Made by a program: the position numbers and the translations under genes. A stretch of DNA of 64,000 nt from Octopus sinensis (Eukaryota): positions 70,432,001 through 70,496,000 of the forward strand of contig NC_043000.1 of NCBI RefSeq assembly GCF_006345805.1, given 5' to 3'. Shown in pieces: positions 60,601-64,000 of this stretch; the first letter of the stretch is position 1, and the number at the start of each line of letters is the position of its first letter. A model generated the notes under the pieces. It searched no databases, was not told the origin of the DNA, and saw only the letters and a program-made list of their open reading frames with translations.

Positions 60601-60779
60601 GGTTCTTAAGTGACATGAATAGATTTAGTTGGGTTTAGTGAACATTTCTGCGAAGTAATTGACGCTGGAGCAGAAAGTCTAATTGATTCCTAATTACGTG
60701 TCTAATTAAAACTTCTTAATTTGTTTTTCCTTACCCCGTTTTTTTTCTTAAGTTTTCATTTAAGTATCACTTGTGTCTA
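57683..60779 (+). mobile_element. DNA transposon with ~300-bp TIRs and a degraded transposase-like ORF (tentatively Academ-like)
   Basis: 57683-57990 is the reverse complement of ~60475-60779; termini TAG...CTA. ORF remnants at 58471-59940: HGYHSGCY, IAKEVKYHQSC, KPRKHITMG..K.MT, LLNRYGYSINY, AYDNYD..T.TLSG. Family assignment is from memory; no TSD is seen. Confidence 0.7.
58263..58470 (-). mobile_element. SINE family 2 with a Tx1-like 3' tail, inside the TIR element
   Basis: Body as in the other family-2 copies; tail ctttactatccacaaggggctaaacacagaggggacaaacaaggaca. Confidence 0.85.
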
Positions 60780-61259
60780 AGGAGTAATAGTCAATGTAAT
60801 TCATTAATTAAATTAATTATTTACGCAAGTTGATTATCTCATAATTAGTTGATCCATACCTAAGCATACTTAAGAATCACGTTTCATGGTATTAGGACTA
60901 TTTGTACACATATTGTGCCCTGCTAGTATTTTGGAGCTTCAAGTCTAATCAAATCAGGACTGGCTCCTGCATTATTAGACTAAAAACATTTAAATGATAC
61001 TGCTTGCCAGTGGGGAGCAGGCAAGCCATTTCATCCTCATTATTATCGTTCATCCTTCATTCGTTCGTTCTATCTTTTGTCTCCCACTGTGGTGTTCTGT
61101 CTGTCCTTCTGCTGTCCCCTTTGTGTTACGGCATGTGTGCCGAATAAAGAAAATCAGTAGTAATAGAATCATTGTACGAGTTCTCAGTTGAAGTCAGTGT
61201 CAGTTACGTGATATATACGAGTTCGAGTTAATGTCAAGGTAGACGTTTCAAATAGATAC

Positions 61260-62523
<1,264 letters not shown>

Positions 62524-62524
62524 G

Positions 62525-63872
<1,348 letters not shown>

Positions 63873-63873
63873 G

Positions 63874-63971
<98 letters not shown>

Positions 63972-64000
63972 GTAGACAGACAGACAGGTAGACAGACAGG

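Overview
Eukaryotic, AT-rich, repeat-saturated intergenic or intronic DNA. I could not support any host protein-coding gene. The tRNA-derived SINE families look like octopus (cephalopod) SINEs; this is recognition from memory, not a search. Contents: many L1-clade Tx1-like LINEs, R4/Dong-like RLE LINEs, a CR1-like LINE, mariner remnants, Helitron pieces, a hAT MITE, two long fold-back elements, a complete non-coding LTR element (4-bp TSD, tRNA-Trp PBS, PPT), a long-TIR DNA transposon (Academ-like) and a hammerhead-like motif. The most striking structure is 44.1-64 kb. Eight Tx1-like copies from three 3'-UTR variants all sit in (GATA)n tracts, in the same orientation and repeat phase, and some units were then tandemly amplified. 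Two other apparent target preferences occur in the window: a Tx1-like element inserted in a SINE tRNA head with a probable TSD, and Dong-like elements at (TAA)n. All alignments were done by eye, and boundaries described as approximate may be off by tens of bases.
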